From an uncultured Gemmatimonadales bacterium (GTDB lineage Bacteria; Gemmatimonadota; Gemmatimonadetes; Longimicrobiales; Longimicrobiaceae): a stretch of 64,000 nucleotides of DNA. Positions 20,578 through 29,957 of the stretch are shown here, piece by piece. Below the pieces are notes generated by a model, which saw only the letters and a program-made list of their open reading frames with translations, had not been told where the DNA came from and did not search any database. Within the stretch, counting starts at the first letter, position 1. Every line of letters starts with the position of its first letter. A program made the translations under genes and the position numbers. Location: contig OY970303.1 in assembly GCA_963716255.1 (NCBI GenBank), positions 672,001 to 736,000 on the forward strand. The letters run 5' to 3'.

Positions 20578-21989
20578 GCGGGCGAAGCCGCGCCGGCGAG
20601 GAGGTCGAGCATCTCCCGGGCGGCGGCGTCCAGGTTCCCGGCCCCGAGCGTCAGGCAGAGGTCCCCTTCGGCGAGCTCCGCGGCGACGGCGGCGCCGACG
20701 GACTCCCGCTCGGGGAGGTAGGCCACGTCGGCGCCGGCGGCGCGGGCCGACTCCACCACCATCTCCCCCGTCACCCCGGCGAGCGGCGCCTCGCGCGCCG
20801 CGTACACGTCGGTCACGAACACCCGGTCGGCGAGCGCCAGGGCGCGGCCGAACTCGGCGGCGAAGTCGCGCGTGCGGGAGTACAGGTGCGGCTGGAAGAC
20901 GGCCACGATGCGGCGGTCGGGGTGGGCGCTCCGGGCGGCGCGCAGGGTGGCGTCGATCTCGGTGGGGTGGTGCGCGTAGTCGTCCACGAAGAGCACTCCC
21001 CCGGCTTCGCCCACGCGCTCGAAGCGGCGGTCCACCCCGGCGTACGAGGCCAGCCCCTCCGCCACCGCGTCCCACTCCACCCCCAGGTGCCTCGCCACGG
21101 CAACGGCGGCCAGCGCGTTGCGGACGTTGTGGAGCCCGGGGACCCGGAGCCGTGCCTCGCCCAGGCGCACGCCGCGCTCGCGGACCGCGAACCTCATCTC
21201 CCCGGCATGGTCCCGGACGTCCTCCGCGCGCACCATGGAGCCGGCGCCCAGCCCGTAGGATACGACCTGCCTGCTGCTCCCGCCGATGCGGGCCAGGAGG
21301 CGCCCCGCGCCGTGGTCGTCGGCGCAGCCCGCGACCATGCCGCCGGACGGCACGGAGTCCACGAAGGCGAGGAACGCGTCCTCGATCGCGGCAAGCGAGC
21401 CGTAGATGTCCAGGTGGTCGGCCTCGAGGGTGGTCACGACGGCGATGCCGGGGCGGAGCGTCAGGAACGAGCGGTCGTATTCGTCGGCCTCGACCACGTA
21501 CAGGCGGTCGCCGCCGTGGCGGAGGTTGCCCCCCCACGCGGGGACGCGTCCGCCGACGACACCCGTGGGGTCGAGCCCGGCCGCCGCCAGCACGGTCGTG
21601 GCCAGGGTGGTGGTGGTGGTCTTTCCGTGGGTGCCGGCGATGCCGACGACCTGCGCCCGGTTGACCACCGCCCCGAGCGCCTCGGCGCGCTTCAGCACGG
21701 GGATGCCCAGCGCCCGCGCGGCGGCGATCTCGGGGTGGTCCTGCGGAACGGCGGCGGTCACCACCAGCGCTGCGCACCCCTCCAGGTGGGAGGGATCGTG
21801 CCCCGCGCACACCTCGGCGCCCGCCTCGCGGAGCGCCGCCGCGGCCGGGCCGGGGTGCAGGTCGCACCCCGTGACCCGCGCGCCGGCGCGGAGGAAGAGC
21901 TCGGCCAGGGGAGTCATCCCCGCGCCGCCGATCCCCATGAAATGGATCGGGCCGCGGTCCATGAACTCCGCCGGTTCGAAGGGGCTCAA
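20574..21989 (-). CDS. murC: UDP-N-acetylmuramate--L-alanine ligase
   Basis: HFMGIGGAGM, GTHGKTTT, EADEYD, DDYAHHPTEI; start may be ATG 21962. Confidence 0.97.
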   Translation of the reverse strand: MSPFEPAEFMDRGPIHFMGIGGAGMTPLAELFLRAGARVTGCDLHPGPAAAALREAGAEVCAGHDPSHLEGCAALVVTAAVPQDHPEIAAARALGIPVLKRAEALGAVVNRAQVVGIAGTHGKTTTTTLATTVLAAAGLDPTGVVGGRVPAWGGNLRHGGDRLYVVEADEYDRSFLTLRPGIAVVTTLEADHLDIYGSLAAIEDAFLAFVDSVPSGGMVAGCADDHGAGRLLARIGGSSRQVVSYGLGAGSMVRAEDVRDHAGEMRFAVRERGVRLGEARLRVPGLHNVRNALAAVAVARHLGVEWDAVAEGLASYAGVDRRFERVGEAGGVLFVDDYAHHPTEIDATLRAARSAHPDRRIVAVFQPHLYSRTRDFAAEFGRALALADRVFVTDVYAAREAPLAGVTGEMVVESARAAGADVAYLPERESVGAAVAAELAEGDLCLTLGAGNLDAAAREMLDLLAGAASPA

Positions 21990-22026
21990 TATAGTGGCCA
22001 GGTGCTGGGTGGAAAAGGGATTCGGG

Positions 22027-23181
22027 TCATGCGCCCCGCGCGTCCACGAGCCGCGCGAGGTGTTCGGCGATCCGCGCCGCCGCGTCGGGGCGCCCGCGGG
22101 TGCGCGCCCGGGCGGCGAGATCGCCGCGCCGCGCCGGGTCGCCGGCCAGCCCCACCAGCTCGCCCCACAGCCGCCCGCTCCCCAGCTCGGCCTCCTCCAC
22201 CATCACCGCCGCGCCGGCGTCGCGGAGCGCGACCGCGTTGTGGTGCTGGTGGTTGGCGGCGGCGGTGGGGAGCGGCACCAGGATGCTGGGCACCCCCCAG
22301 GCGCACAGCTCGGCGAGCGCCATCGCCCCCGCGCGCGACACCGCCACGTCCGCCGAGGCCAGCGCCCGCGGCATGTCCTGGATGTACGGGGTCGCATGCA
22401 CCCAATCGGCCCCGATCTCCGCCAGGCGCGCGGCGATCCCGTCGTAGTGCGCCGGGCCGGTGGCCCACAGCACCTCGAAGCCCTCGGGGCGCGGCGGGAG
22501 CCGCCCCTCGGCCACGCCGCGCAGGTCGGCCAGCAGCGCCTCGTTGACGGCGCGGGCGCCCTGGCTCCCCCCCACCACCAGCGCCACGGTCCCGCCGCCG
22601 AGCCCGAAAGCGGCGCGCGACTCCGCGCGGTCCAGGGTGGGATCGGGCGGGCGGATGGGGTTGCCGAACTCCAGCACCTCGGTGCGCGCGCCGGGCTTCA
22701 GGTACCGCCTGGCCTCCGGGAACGCAAGGTGGAGCTGGCGGACGCGGCCGGCGAGCAGGCGGGTGACCAGCCCGGGAAAGGAGTTCTGCTCCTGAAGCGC
22801 CGCGGGGACGCCGCGCAGCAGTCCGGCGAGCACGGCGGGGCCGCTGGCGTACCCGCCGGTCCCCACCACCAGGGCGGGACGGAAGTCGCGGTACACCCGC
22901 GACAGCCCCGCGAAGGAGCGGCTCATGGACGGGAGGAGCCGCCAGTTCTCCCATGGGCGCGAGCGGCGGATGGGCTCGAAGGGGAGCAGCAGGTGGGGCA
23001 CGCCCCGCTCCGGGAGGACCCGCGCCTCCACGCCGCGCTGCGCCCCCACGAAGAACACCTCGGTGCGCGGGTCGCGCTCGCGCATGGCCTCGGCGAGCGC
23101 CAGCGCCGGGTACAGGTGCCCCCCGGTGCCGCCGCCCGCGAACAGCACCCGCGGCGCGCCGCCCGCCCCGTGCGCGCTCAT
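22027..23181 (-). CDS. murG: Lipid II GlcNAc transferase MurG
   Basis: GGGTGGHLYP, GGYAS, EQNSFPG, GGSQGA, SRAGA, HQHHNA. Confidence 0.97.
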   Translation of the reverse strand: MSAHGAGGAPRVLFAGGGTGGHLYPALALAEAMRERDPRTEVFFVGAQRGVEARVLPERGVPHLLLPFEPIRRSRPWENWRLLPSMSRSFAGLSRVYRDFRPALVVGTGGYASGPAVLAGLLRGVPAALQEQNSFPGLVTRLLAGRVRQLHLAFPEARRYLKPGARTEVLEFGNPIRPPDPTLDRAESRAAFGLGGGTVALVVGGSQGARAVNEALLADLRGVAEGRLPPRPEGFEVLWATGPAHYDGIAARLAEIGADWVHATPYIQDMPRALASADVAVSRAGAMALAELCAWGVPSILVPLPTAAANHQHHNAVALRDAGAAVMVEEAELGSGRLWGELVGLAGDPARRGDLAARARTRGRPDAAARIAEHLARLVDARGA

Positions 23182-24389
23182 CGCGGCGCCGCGCGCGAGG
23201 CCCGCGCCACGCTGAGCAGGATCCCCACCGCGGCGAAGGCGGTGAGCAGCGCGCTGCGCCCGTACGACATGAAGGGGAGCGCCACGCCGGTGGTGGGGAG
23301 GAGCGCCAGCGCCACCCCCATGTTGAGGAAGGCGGAAACGGCCACCAGGTTGGTCATCCCCACCGCCAGCAGGTAGCCGAAGCGGTCCGGCGCCCGCGCC
23401 GCGATGCGGTACCCCACCACGGCGAAGCCGGCGAAGAGCGTGACGACGAAGGCGATCCCCAGCAGCCCCCACTCCTCCGCGATCATGGAGAAGATGAAGT
23501 CGTTGTGGGGCTCCGGGAGGAAGCCGAACTTCTGGCGGCTCTCGCCGAAGCCCACCCCGCCGATGCCGCCGGAGCCCACCGCGATCAGCGACTGGCGGAT
23601 CTGGTAGGTGACGCCCGCCGGGTCGGCCGTGGGGTCCAGGAAGGCGATGATCCGCTTCATCCGGTAGCTCGCGCCCTGGATCTGGCTCCACACCACCGGC
23701 ACCGCGACCAGCCCCAGCAGGATGAAGTGCCCGATGCGCGCCCCGCCCGCGAACAGCACCAGCGCCGACAGCAGCGCGATCAGCAGCGCCGCCGACAGGT
23801 TGGGCTGGAGGAAGACGAGCACCACGGCCAGGAGCCACACCACCAGGAACGGCGCGAGCCCCCGGCTCAGCGAGTGCAGGCGGTCCTGCTTCTTCACCGC
23901 CATGGCGGCCGTCCACACGATCAGCGCGATCTTGGCGAACTCGGAGGGCTGGAACTGGACGCCCAGGTCGATCCAGCGGCGCGCGCCGTTGACCCGCGGG
24001 GCGATCGCCTCCGTCCCCGGCAGGATCACCAGCAGGAGGAGGAAGAGCACGGTCGCCAGGATGGGCCAGGCGGCGATGCGGTAGTGCCGGTAGTCGATGC
24101 GCGCGAGAATCGCCGCGCCGGCCGCGCCCATCGCCGCGCCCATCACCTGCCGCACGGCGTAGAAGTGCCCCGGCAGCCCGTCCGACTGGGCCAGGAAGGC
24201 GCTGGCGCTGTAAAGCTCGATCACCCCGAAGGACAGGGCGAGCAGGGTGAGCAGCACCAGCGCGCCCGGCTCCCACCCTTCGGCGCGCTCCCGCCCGGCC
24301 GCCATGGCGTGGCCCCGCGGCGAGATACGCTCCGTCCCCCGGAAGATCCCCGGTACCCGGATCCCCGCCTTATGCGCGATGGTCTGCAT
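23178..24389 (-). CDS. ftsW: SEDS peptidoglycan polymerase FtsW
   Basis: GARRWI, QPSEFAK, PEPHNDFIF, PFMSYG; multiple TMs. Confidence 0.96.
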   Translation of the reverse strand: MQTIAHKAGIRVPGIFRGTERISPRGHAMAAGRERAEGWEPGALVLLTLLALSFGVIELYSASAFLAQSDGLPGHFYAVRQVMGAAMGAAGAAILARIDYRHYRIAAWPILATVLFLLLLVILPGTEAIAPRVNGARRWIDLGVQFQPSEFAKIALIVWTAAMAVKKQDRLHSLSRGLAPFLVVWLLAVVLVFLQPNLSAALLIALLSALVLFAGGARIGHFILLGLVAVPVVWSQIQGASYRMKRIIAFLDPTADPAGVTYQIRQSLIAVGSGGIGGVGFGESRQKFGFLPEPHNDFIFSMIAEEWGLLGIAFVVTLFAGFAVVGYRIAARAPDRFGYLLAVGMTNLVAVSAFLNMGVALALLPTTGVALPFMSYGRSALLTAFAAVGILLSVARASRAAPR

Positions 24390-25758
24390 CGTTCTCCCGA
24401 GTGACGAGCTCCACGAACCGCTTTCCCCTTTCCTCGTAGCTCCGGAACATGTCGAAGCTGGCGCACGCCGGCGACAGCAGGACCGCGTCCCCCGGCCGGG
24501 CGATCTCCCGCGCCCGGGCCACCACCGCCTCGAAGGGACCGTCCACCCGCTCCAGCGGCACCCGCCCGCGCAGGTCAGCCTCCACCAGCGGCGCCGCCTC
24601 GCCGTAGGCGATCACGGCGCGGACGCCCTCCCCCAGCTCCGGGAGCAGCTCGGTGTACGGCTCGCCCTTGTGCCTGCCGCCCAGCAGCAGGACCGTCGGG
24701 CGGGTCATGCCGCGGACGGCGACGCGCGTGGAGGCGATGTTGGTGGCCTTGCTGTCGTTGACCCACAGCACCCCGTCGACCTCGCCCACCGGCTCCAGCC
24801 GGTGCGGCGGCGCCCGGAAGCCGCGCAGCCCCCGCCGCACCGACTCGGCATCCGCCCCCGCCAGCCGCGCCGCGACCGCCGCGGCCAGGGCGTTGGCGAC
24901 GTTGTGCGGCCCCAGGATGCGCAGCTCGCCCGCGTCCACCAGCCGCTCCTCGGCCCCGTCTTCCAGCCGCAGCACGAGCGCGCCGTCCACGGCCAGGAAG
25001 CCGCCACGCTCGCCGGGTTCCTGCGCGGACGCGACCCGGAAGTAGAAGCGGGTCCCCGGCGCGTCGCCGATCAGCTCCCTGGCGCGCTCGTCCTCGGCGT
25101 TCAGCACCCAGCGGCTCGCAGCGGTCGCGTTGCGGAAGAGGCGCGCCTTGTCGGCGTAGTACGCCTCCACGTCCGGGTACCAGTCCAGGTGGTCGGGCGC
25201 GAGGTTGGTGAGCACCCCGATTGCCGGCGCGAAGTCGCGCGTCATCGCCAGCTGGAAGGAGGACACCTCCACCACCGCGACCTGCGGTGGCACGTCCCTC
25301 AGCGCCAGCTCCGAGAGCGCCGTGCCGATGTTGCCCCCGGCCGGGGCGTCGATCCCGGCCTCCGCCAGCAGCTGCGAGACGAGCGCGGTGACCGTGGTCT
25401 TGCCGTTGGTCCCCGTGATCCCCACCACCGGCGCGTCCAGCTGCCCGAAGGCCAGCTCCACCTCCGCGATCACCGGTACGCCGGCGATGGCCGGGTCCCG
25501 CAACACGGCGGCCGTGGGCGGGATCCCCGGGCTCAGCACGATCACGTCGCACTTCGCCAGCCGGGCCGTGTCGTGTCCTCCCGTCTCCGCCTCGCCGCCC
25601 AGCGCCCGCACCCGCTCCGCCGCCTCGCGCGCCGCCGGGCCGTCGCCCGCGTCGCTGGCGTACACCGTCGCCCCGCGCGCCAGCGCCAGCCGCGCCGCCG
25701 CCAGCCCGCTGCGGGCCAGCCCCAGCACCCCCACGTCCCGGCCGGCGAGGGAGCGCAT
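24370..25758 (-). CDS. murD: UDP-MurNAc-L-Ala--D-Glu ligase
   Basis: GLARSG, GTNGKTT, EVSSFQL, NDSKATN, SPACASFDMF. Confidence 0.97.
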   Translation of the reverse strand: MRSLAGRDVGVLGLARSGLAAARLALARGATVYASDAGDGPAAREAAERVRALGGEAETGGHDTARLAKCDVIVLSPGIPPTAAVLRDPAIAGVPVIAEVELAFGQLDAPVVGITGTNGKTTVTALVSQLLAEAGIDAPAGGNIGTALSELALRDVPPQVAVVEVSSFQLAMTRDFAPAIGVLTNLAPDHLDWYPDVEAYYADKARLFRNATAASRWVLNAEDERARELIGDAPGTRFYFRVASAQEPGERGGFLAVDGALVLRLEDGAEERLVDAGELRILGPHNVANALAAAVAARLAGADAESVRRGLRGFRAPPHRLEPVGEVDGVLWVNDSKATNIASTRVAVRGMTRPTVLLLGGRHKGEPYTELLPELGEGVRAVIAYGEAAPLVEADLRGRVPLERVDGPFEAVVARAREIARPGDAVLLSPACASFDMFRSYEERGKRFVELVTRENDADHRA

Positions 25759-26870
25759 CAGCGGATCTTGAGCGTGGCGAAGGCGACCAGCGCGAACATC
25801 ACCCCCAGCAGCCAGAAGCGGATGATGACCCGGTTCTCGTGCCAGCCGATCTGCTCGAAGTGGTGGTGGAGCGGGGCCATGCGGAAGATGCGCCGGCCCA
25901 CGCCGGTGCGCCGCTTGGTCCACTTGTAGTATAGGGTCTGCGCGGCCACGGAGGCGGCCTCCAGCACGAACATTCCCCCCACGATGGCCAGCAGGAACTC
26001 CGCCTTGAGGAGCACCGCGATCGCCCCCAGCACCCCCCCGATGGCGAGCGACCCGGTGTCGCCCATGAACACCTCGGCGGGGTGGGCGTTGAACCACAGG
26101 AAGCCCATGCACCCCCCGGCCAGCGCCACGCAGAACACCGCCAGCTCCCCCGAGCCGGGGAGGTAGAACAGGTTCAGGTAGTCGGAAGAGTCCACGCGGC
26201 CCAGCAGGTACGCGAAGATCCCCATGGTCACCGCCGCGATGGCCGACAGTCCGGCCGCCAGCCCGTCCAGTCCGTCGGTGAGGTTCACCGCGTTGGAAAA
26301 GGCGGTGATGACGAAGACCACGAAGAGCACGTACGCCCAGGGCGCGAAGGTCACGTGCCACGACTTGAAGAAGGGGATCTGCGTCCAGGTGGGCGGCACG
26401 TCGCCGAAGAGCCCGGGGGTGTAGATCAGGAAGAGCCCCACCAGCACCCCCAGAGACACCTGTCCCACGATCTTGTAGCGCCCGACCAGCCCCTCCGTCT
26501 TCTTCCGCACCACCTTGAGGTAGTCGTCCATGAACCCCAGCCCGCCCAGCCACAGGATCACCACCACCGCCACCCAGGTGTACGGGTTGTCCAGCTCCGC
26601 CCAGAGCAGGGTGGGGATCACCGTCGCCATCACGATCAGCACCCCGCCCATGGTGGGCGTCCCCGACTTGCCCAGGTGCGTCTGCGGGCCCTCGGTGCGC
26701 ACCACCTGCCCCACCTTGAGGATCCGCAGCCGCCGGATGATCCCGGGCCCGAAGTAGAAGGCCACCAGGAACGCCGTCACCACTGCCCCCGCCGCACGGA
26801 ACGTCGTGAAGCGGAAGAGGTTGAAGATGATGTGGTATTCCGAGAGCGGGACGAGCAGGTGGTAGAGCAC
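25758..26870 (-). CDS. mraY: Phospho-MurNAc-pentapeptide transferase
   Basis: TPTMGG, DDYLK, NLTDGLDGL, FMGDTGS, APLHHHFE. Confidence 0.98.
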   Translation of the reverse strand: MLYHLLVPLSEYHIIFNLFRFTTFRAAGAVVTAFLVAFYFGPGIIRRLRILKVGQVVRTEGPQTHLGKSGTPTMGGVLIVMATVIPTLLWAELDNPYTWVAVVVILWLGGLGFMDDYLKVVRKKTEGLVGRYKIVGQVSLGVLVGLFLIYTPGLFGDVPPTWTQIPFFKSWHVTFAPWAYVLFVVFVITAFSNAVNLTDGLDGLAAGLSAIAAVTMGIFAYLLGRVDSSDYLNLFYLPGSGELAVFCVALAGGCMGFLWFNAHPAEVFMGDTGSLAIGGVLGAIAVLLKAEFLLAIVGGMFVLEAASVAAQTLYYKWTKRRTGVGRRIFRMAPLHHHFEQIGWHENRVIIRFWLLGVMFALVAFATLKIR

Positions 26871-26897
26871 CGTGGTCCGTGGCTGAAAGTCGAAAAA

Positions 26898-26926
26898 GGT
26901 TACAGGGGACAGGTTACAGCCTGCAA
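26898..26926 (+). repeat. Short repeat family D copy (degenerate)
   Basis: GGTTACA GGGGACA GGTTACA GCCTGCAA between mraY and murF. Confidence 0.6.
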
Positions 26927-26979
26927 AAACTTGTGCGTCCGTAAGCCGTTCGCAGTTGCCGGCTATTCCCTGTGACGCT

Positions 26980-28455
26980 TCACGCTTCGCGTGAACCGGT
27001 GAACCCTGTTCCCTGTTCCCTGCCGTTCCCGAAGTCCCGCTCCAGCAGCGGGAGCCAGCGCTCCAGCGACTCCCCGCGCGACGCCTTCAGCAGGATGGTG
27101 TCGCCGCCTCCCAGCCGCGCGGACACCGCGGAGTACGCCTCCACCGGGTCGGCGACGGCCACCAGGCGCTCGCCCAGCGCGGAGGCGTGCGGCGCGAAAG
27201 CCACGGCGAACTCGCCGGTGGCGACCACCAGGTCGATCCCCCGCCCCACCCTGCCGGCGATCTGCTCGGCGGCGCGGCGGTGCAGCATCGGCGCGTGGTC
27301 GCCCATCTCGCGCATGGTGCCGACCACCGCCACCTTGGACCCCTCGGCCGGGAGGCCGGCGAGGAGGTCCACCGCGGCGGCCAGGCTGGGCGGGTTGGAG
27401 TTGTAGCAGTCCGCGAGCACCTGGAGGCTCCCCACGGTGTGCCACTCGTTGCGCAGCTTGGGGCGCGGCACCTTGCCCAGGGCGCGGGCGGCGGACTCCC
27501 GGGAGATCCCCATCTCGCGGGCCAGCCCCAGCGCGAACAGGGCGTTGCGGACGTTGTGGCGCCCCGGGAGAGGGAGGTGGATGGGCACGCCCTCCCAGCT
27601 CCAGCGGGTGGTGCCGTCCGGCTGGATCTCGATGGCGCCCTCGCCGCCGTCCGGGTGCAGGTCCGCGCCCTCGGACAGGCCGACCACGCGCACCCGGTAG
27701 CCGCCCAGCTCGGCGCGGGTGCGCTGCGGGAGCGCGGGCGGGTCCTCGGCCACCAGGGCGATCCCGCCCAGCCGCAGCCCCTTGACCATGTTCAGCTCCT
27801 CCTCCAGCACACCCTCCAGGCTCCCCAGCCCCTCCAGGTGCTCCTCGCCGATGGAGGTGACGATGGCGAAGTCGGGCTCGGCGATGCGGCCCAGGATGGC
27901 GATCTCGCCCGGCTCGTTGGTCCCCATCTCCACCACCAGCACCTCGGCCTCGTCGGGGGCGGCGAGGAGGGTGAGGGGGACGCCCACCTGGTTGTTGAGG
28001 TTGCCCTCGGTGGCGTGGACGCGGAAGCGGGCGGCGAGCACGGCGCGGACCAGGTCCTTGGTGGTCGTCTTGCCGTTGCTCCCCCCGATTCCCACCACCT
28101 TGCCGCGGTGGAGGCGGCGGCGGTGGCGGGCCAGGCGGCCGAGGGCGCGCAGGGTGTCGTCCACCTCGAACAGGCGCATCCCCTCGGGGGCGTCGGCGGG
28201 GCGGCGGGACACCACGGCGCCGATCGCGCCCCGGTCCGCGGCCTCGCGCAGGAAGGCGTGGCCGTCGAAGCGCTCGCCCACCAGCGCGACGAAGAGCGAG
28301 CCCGGGACGACCTTGCGGGTGTCGGTGGAAACCCCGGCGAACTCGGTGTCCTCGTCGCCCTTGCGGTCGGCCGCCCCGCGGCTGATCCACGCACGGAGCA
28401 TCTCGTCCTCCAGCGCCTGCCGCACCTCCCCCGCCGTCCACCGGAAACCGCTCAA
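26980..28455 (-). CDS. murF: UDP-MurNAc-tripeptide--D-Ala-D-Ala ligase
   Basis: TTG start overlapping murE stop; STDTR, GSNGKTTTK, EMGTNEPGEI, DCYNSNP, LKASRG. Confidence 0.95.
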   Translation of the reverse strand: MSGFRWTAGEVRQALEDEMLRAWISRGAADRKGDEDTEFAGVSTDTRKVVPGSLFVALVGERFDGHAFLREAADRGAIGAVVSRRPADAPEGMRLFEVDDTLRALGRLARHRRRLHRGKVVGIGGSNGKTTTKDLVRAVLAARFRVHATEGNLNNQVGVPLTLLAAPDEAEVLVVEMGTNEPGEIAILGRIAEPDFAIVTSIGEEHLEGLGSLEGVLEEELNMVKGLRLGGIALVAEDPPALPQRTRAELGGYRVRVVGLSEGADLHPDGGEGAIEIQPDGTTRWSWEGVPIHLPLPGRHNVRNALFALGLAREMGISRESAARALGKVPRPKLRNEWHTVGSLQVLADCYNSNPPSLAAAVDLLAGLPAEGSKVAVVGTMREMGDHAPMLHRRAAEQIAGRVGRGIDLVVATGEFAVAFAPHASALGERLVAVADPVEAYSAVSARLGGGDTILLKASRGESLERWLPLLERDFGNGREQGTGFTGSREA

Positions 28456-29957
28456 ACCGCACCTCTGCCGGTAAATGTTTCCCGCTCCGCAAGGAGTTCG
28501 CGGATCACGACCCGTTCGTCGAAGGGACGGACCTCGGTCCCCCAGACCTGGTAGGTCTCGTGGCCCTTGCCGGCGAGGAGGACCACGTCCCCCTCCCCGG
28601 CTTCCCCGAGCGCGCGGCGGATGGCTTCCCGGCGGTCGAGGATGCGCAGGCGGGGAGCATGCCCCATGCCACGCTCCACGTCGTCGGCGATCCGCTCCGG
28701 GTCCTCGGTGCGGGGGTTGTCGGAGGTGACGATGGCCAGGTCGGCGAGCGCCGCGGCCACCCGCCCCATCTCCGGGCGCTTGCCGCGGTCGCGGTCTCCG
28801 CCGGCCCCGAAGACCACGACCAGACGCCCCGGCGTGAGCGGCCGCAGCGCCCCCAGCGCCACCTCCAGCGCGTCGGGGGTGTGCGCGTAGTCGATCAGCA
28901 CCGTCCCCGCGACGCCGGGGGTGGGGACGCGCTCCAGCCGCCCGGGGACCTGCGGCAGTGACTCCAGCCCTGCGGCGATCTCGTCCGCAGCCCACCCCAG
29001 CCCGTGGAGCGCGGCGGCCGCGCCCAGCGCGTTGGCGACGTTGTAGCCGCCCATCAGCGGCAGGCGGACCGGCGCCGCCCCGTCCGGGGTGCGCAGCGTG
29101 AACGCCATGCCGCCGGGGAACGCCCGGGTCCCCTCCGCCCGCACCTCGGCACCGGCGGCGACCCCGAAGCGCACCGTGCGGCCGCGGGGGGCGCGCACGC
29201 CCTCCCACGCCGGGTCGTCGGCGTTGACCGCGGCGACGCCCTCCGGCTTGAGGAGCTCCAGGAGGCGCAGCTTGGCGTCCCGGTACGCCTCCAGGGTGCC
29301 GTGGTAGTCCAGATGGTCGCGGGTGAGGTTGGTGAGCACCGCCGCGTCGAAGCGGGCGGCCGCGGCGCGTCCCTGGTCCAGCGCGTGGGACGACACCTCC
29401 ATCGCCACGCCGCGCACCCCGTCGTCGGCGAGGCGGCGGAGCCACTGCGCCGTTTCCACCGGCCCGGGCGTGGTCAGCCCCTCGGTGCCGGGGATCACGC
29501 GGCCGTCGGCGCCCACCGCCCCCAGCGTGCCGATGGACGCCGCGGGGCCGCGCAGCCCCAGCAGGTGCCGGAAGATGGCGGCGCTGGTGGTCTTGCCGTT
29601 GGTGCCGGTGATCCCCACCAGCACCATCTCGTCCCACGGGTCGCCGAAGAAGGCGGCGGCGGCGTGGGCCGCGGCCAGGCGCCCGTCCGCCACCCGCAGC
29701 TGCGGCAGGCCGACGGACGGATCGGCGCGCTCCACCAGCGCCGCGGCGGCGCCGCGCGCCGCCACCTCCCCCAGGAAGCGGTGGCCGTCGCCACCGGTGC
29801 CGGCCACTGCGCAGAAGAGCCAGCCGGGCTCCACGCGGCGCGAGTCGGCCGTGAGGCCGCGGAGCTCCACGCCGGACGGCTCTTCGTGTCCCACGAGGAG
29901 ACCGCGCTCGCCCAGGCGCGCGGCGATCCGGTCCAGCCCGGCGGCGCGCGACGTCAC
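28452..29957 (-). CDS. murE: UDP-MurNAc-dipeptide--meso-DAP ligase
   Basis: GTNGKTT, EVSSHAL, DYAHTPD, DNPR (DAP specificity), GKGHE. Confidence 0.96.
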   Translation of the reverse strand: MTSRAAGLDRIAARLGERGLLVGHEEPSGVELRGLTADSRRVEPGWLFCAVAGTGGDGHRFLGEVAARGAAAALVERADPSVGLPQLRVADGRLAAAHAAAAFFGDPWDEMVLVGITGTNGKTTSAAIFRHLLGLRGPAASIGTLGAVGADGRVIPGTEGLTTPGPVETAQWLRRLADDGVRGVAMEVSSHALDQGRAAAARFDAAVLTNLTRDHLDYHGTLEAYRDAKLRLLELLKPEGVAAVNADDPAWEGVRAPRGRTVRFGVAAGAEVRAEGTRAFPGGMAFTLRTPDGAAPVRLPLMGGYNVANALGAAAALHGLGWAADEIAAGLESLPQVPGRLERVPTPGVAGTVLIDYAHTPDALEVALGALRPLTPGRLVVVFGAGGDRDRGKRPEMGRVAAALADLAIVTSDNPRTEDPERIADDVERGMGHAPRLRILDRREAIRRALGEAGEGDVVLLAGKGHETYQVWGTEVRPFDERVVIRELLAERETFTGRGAV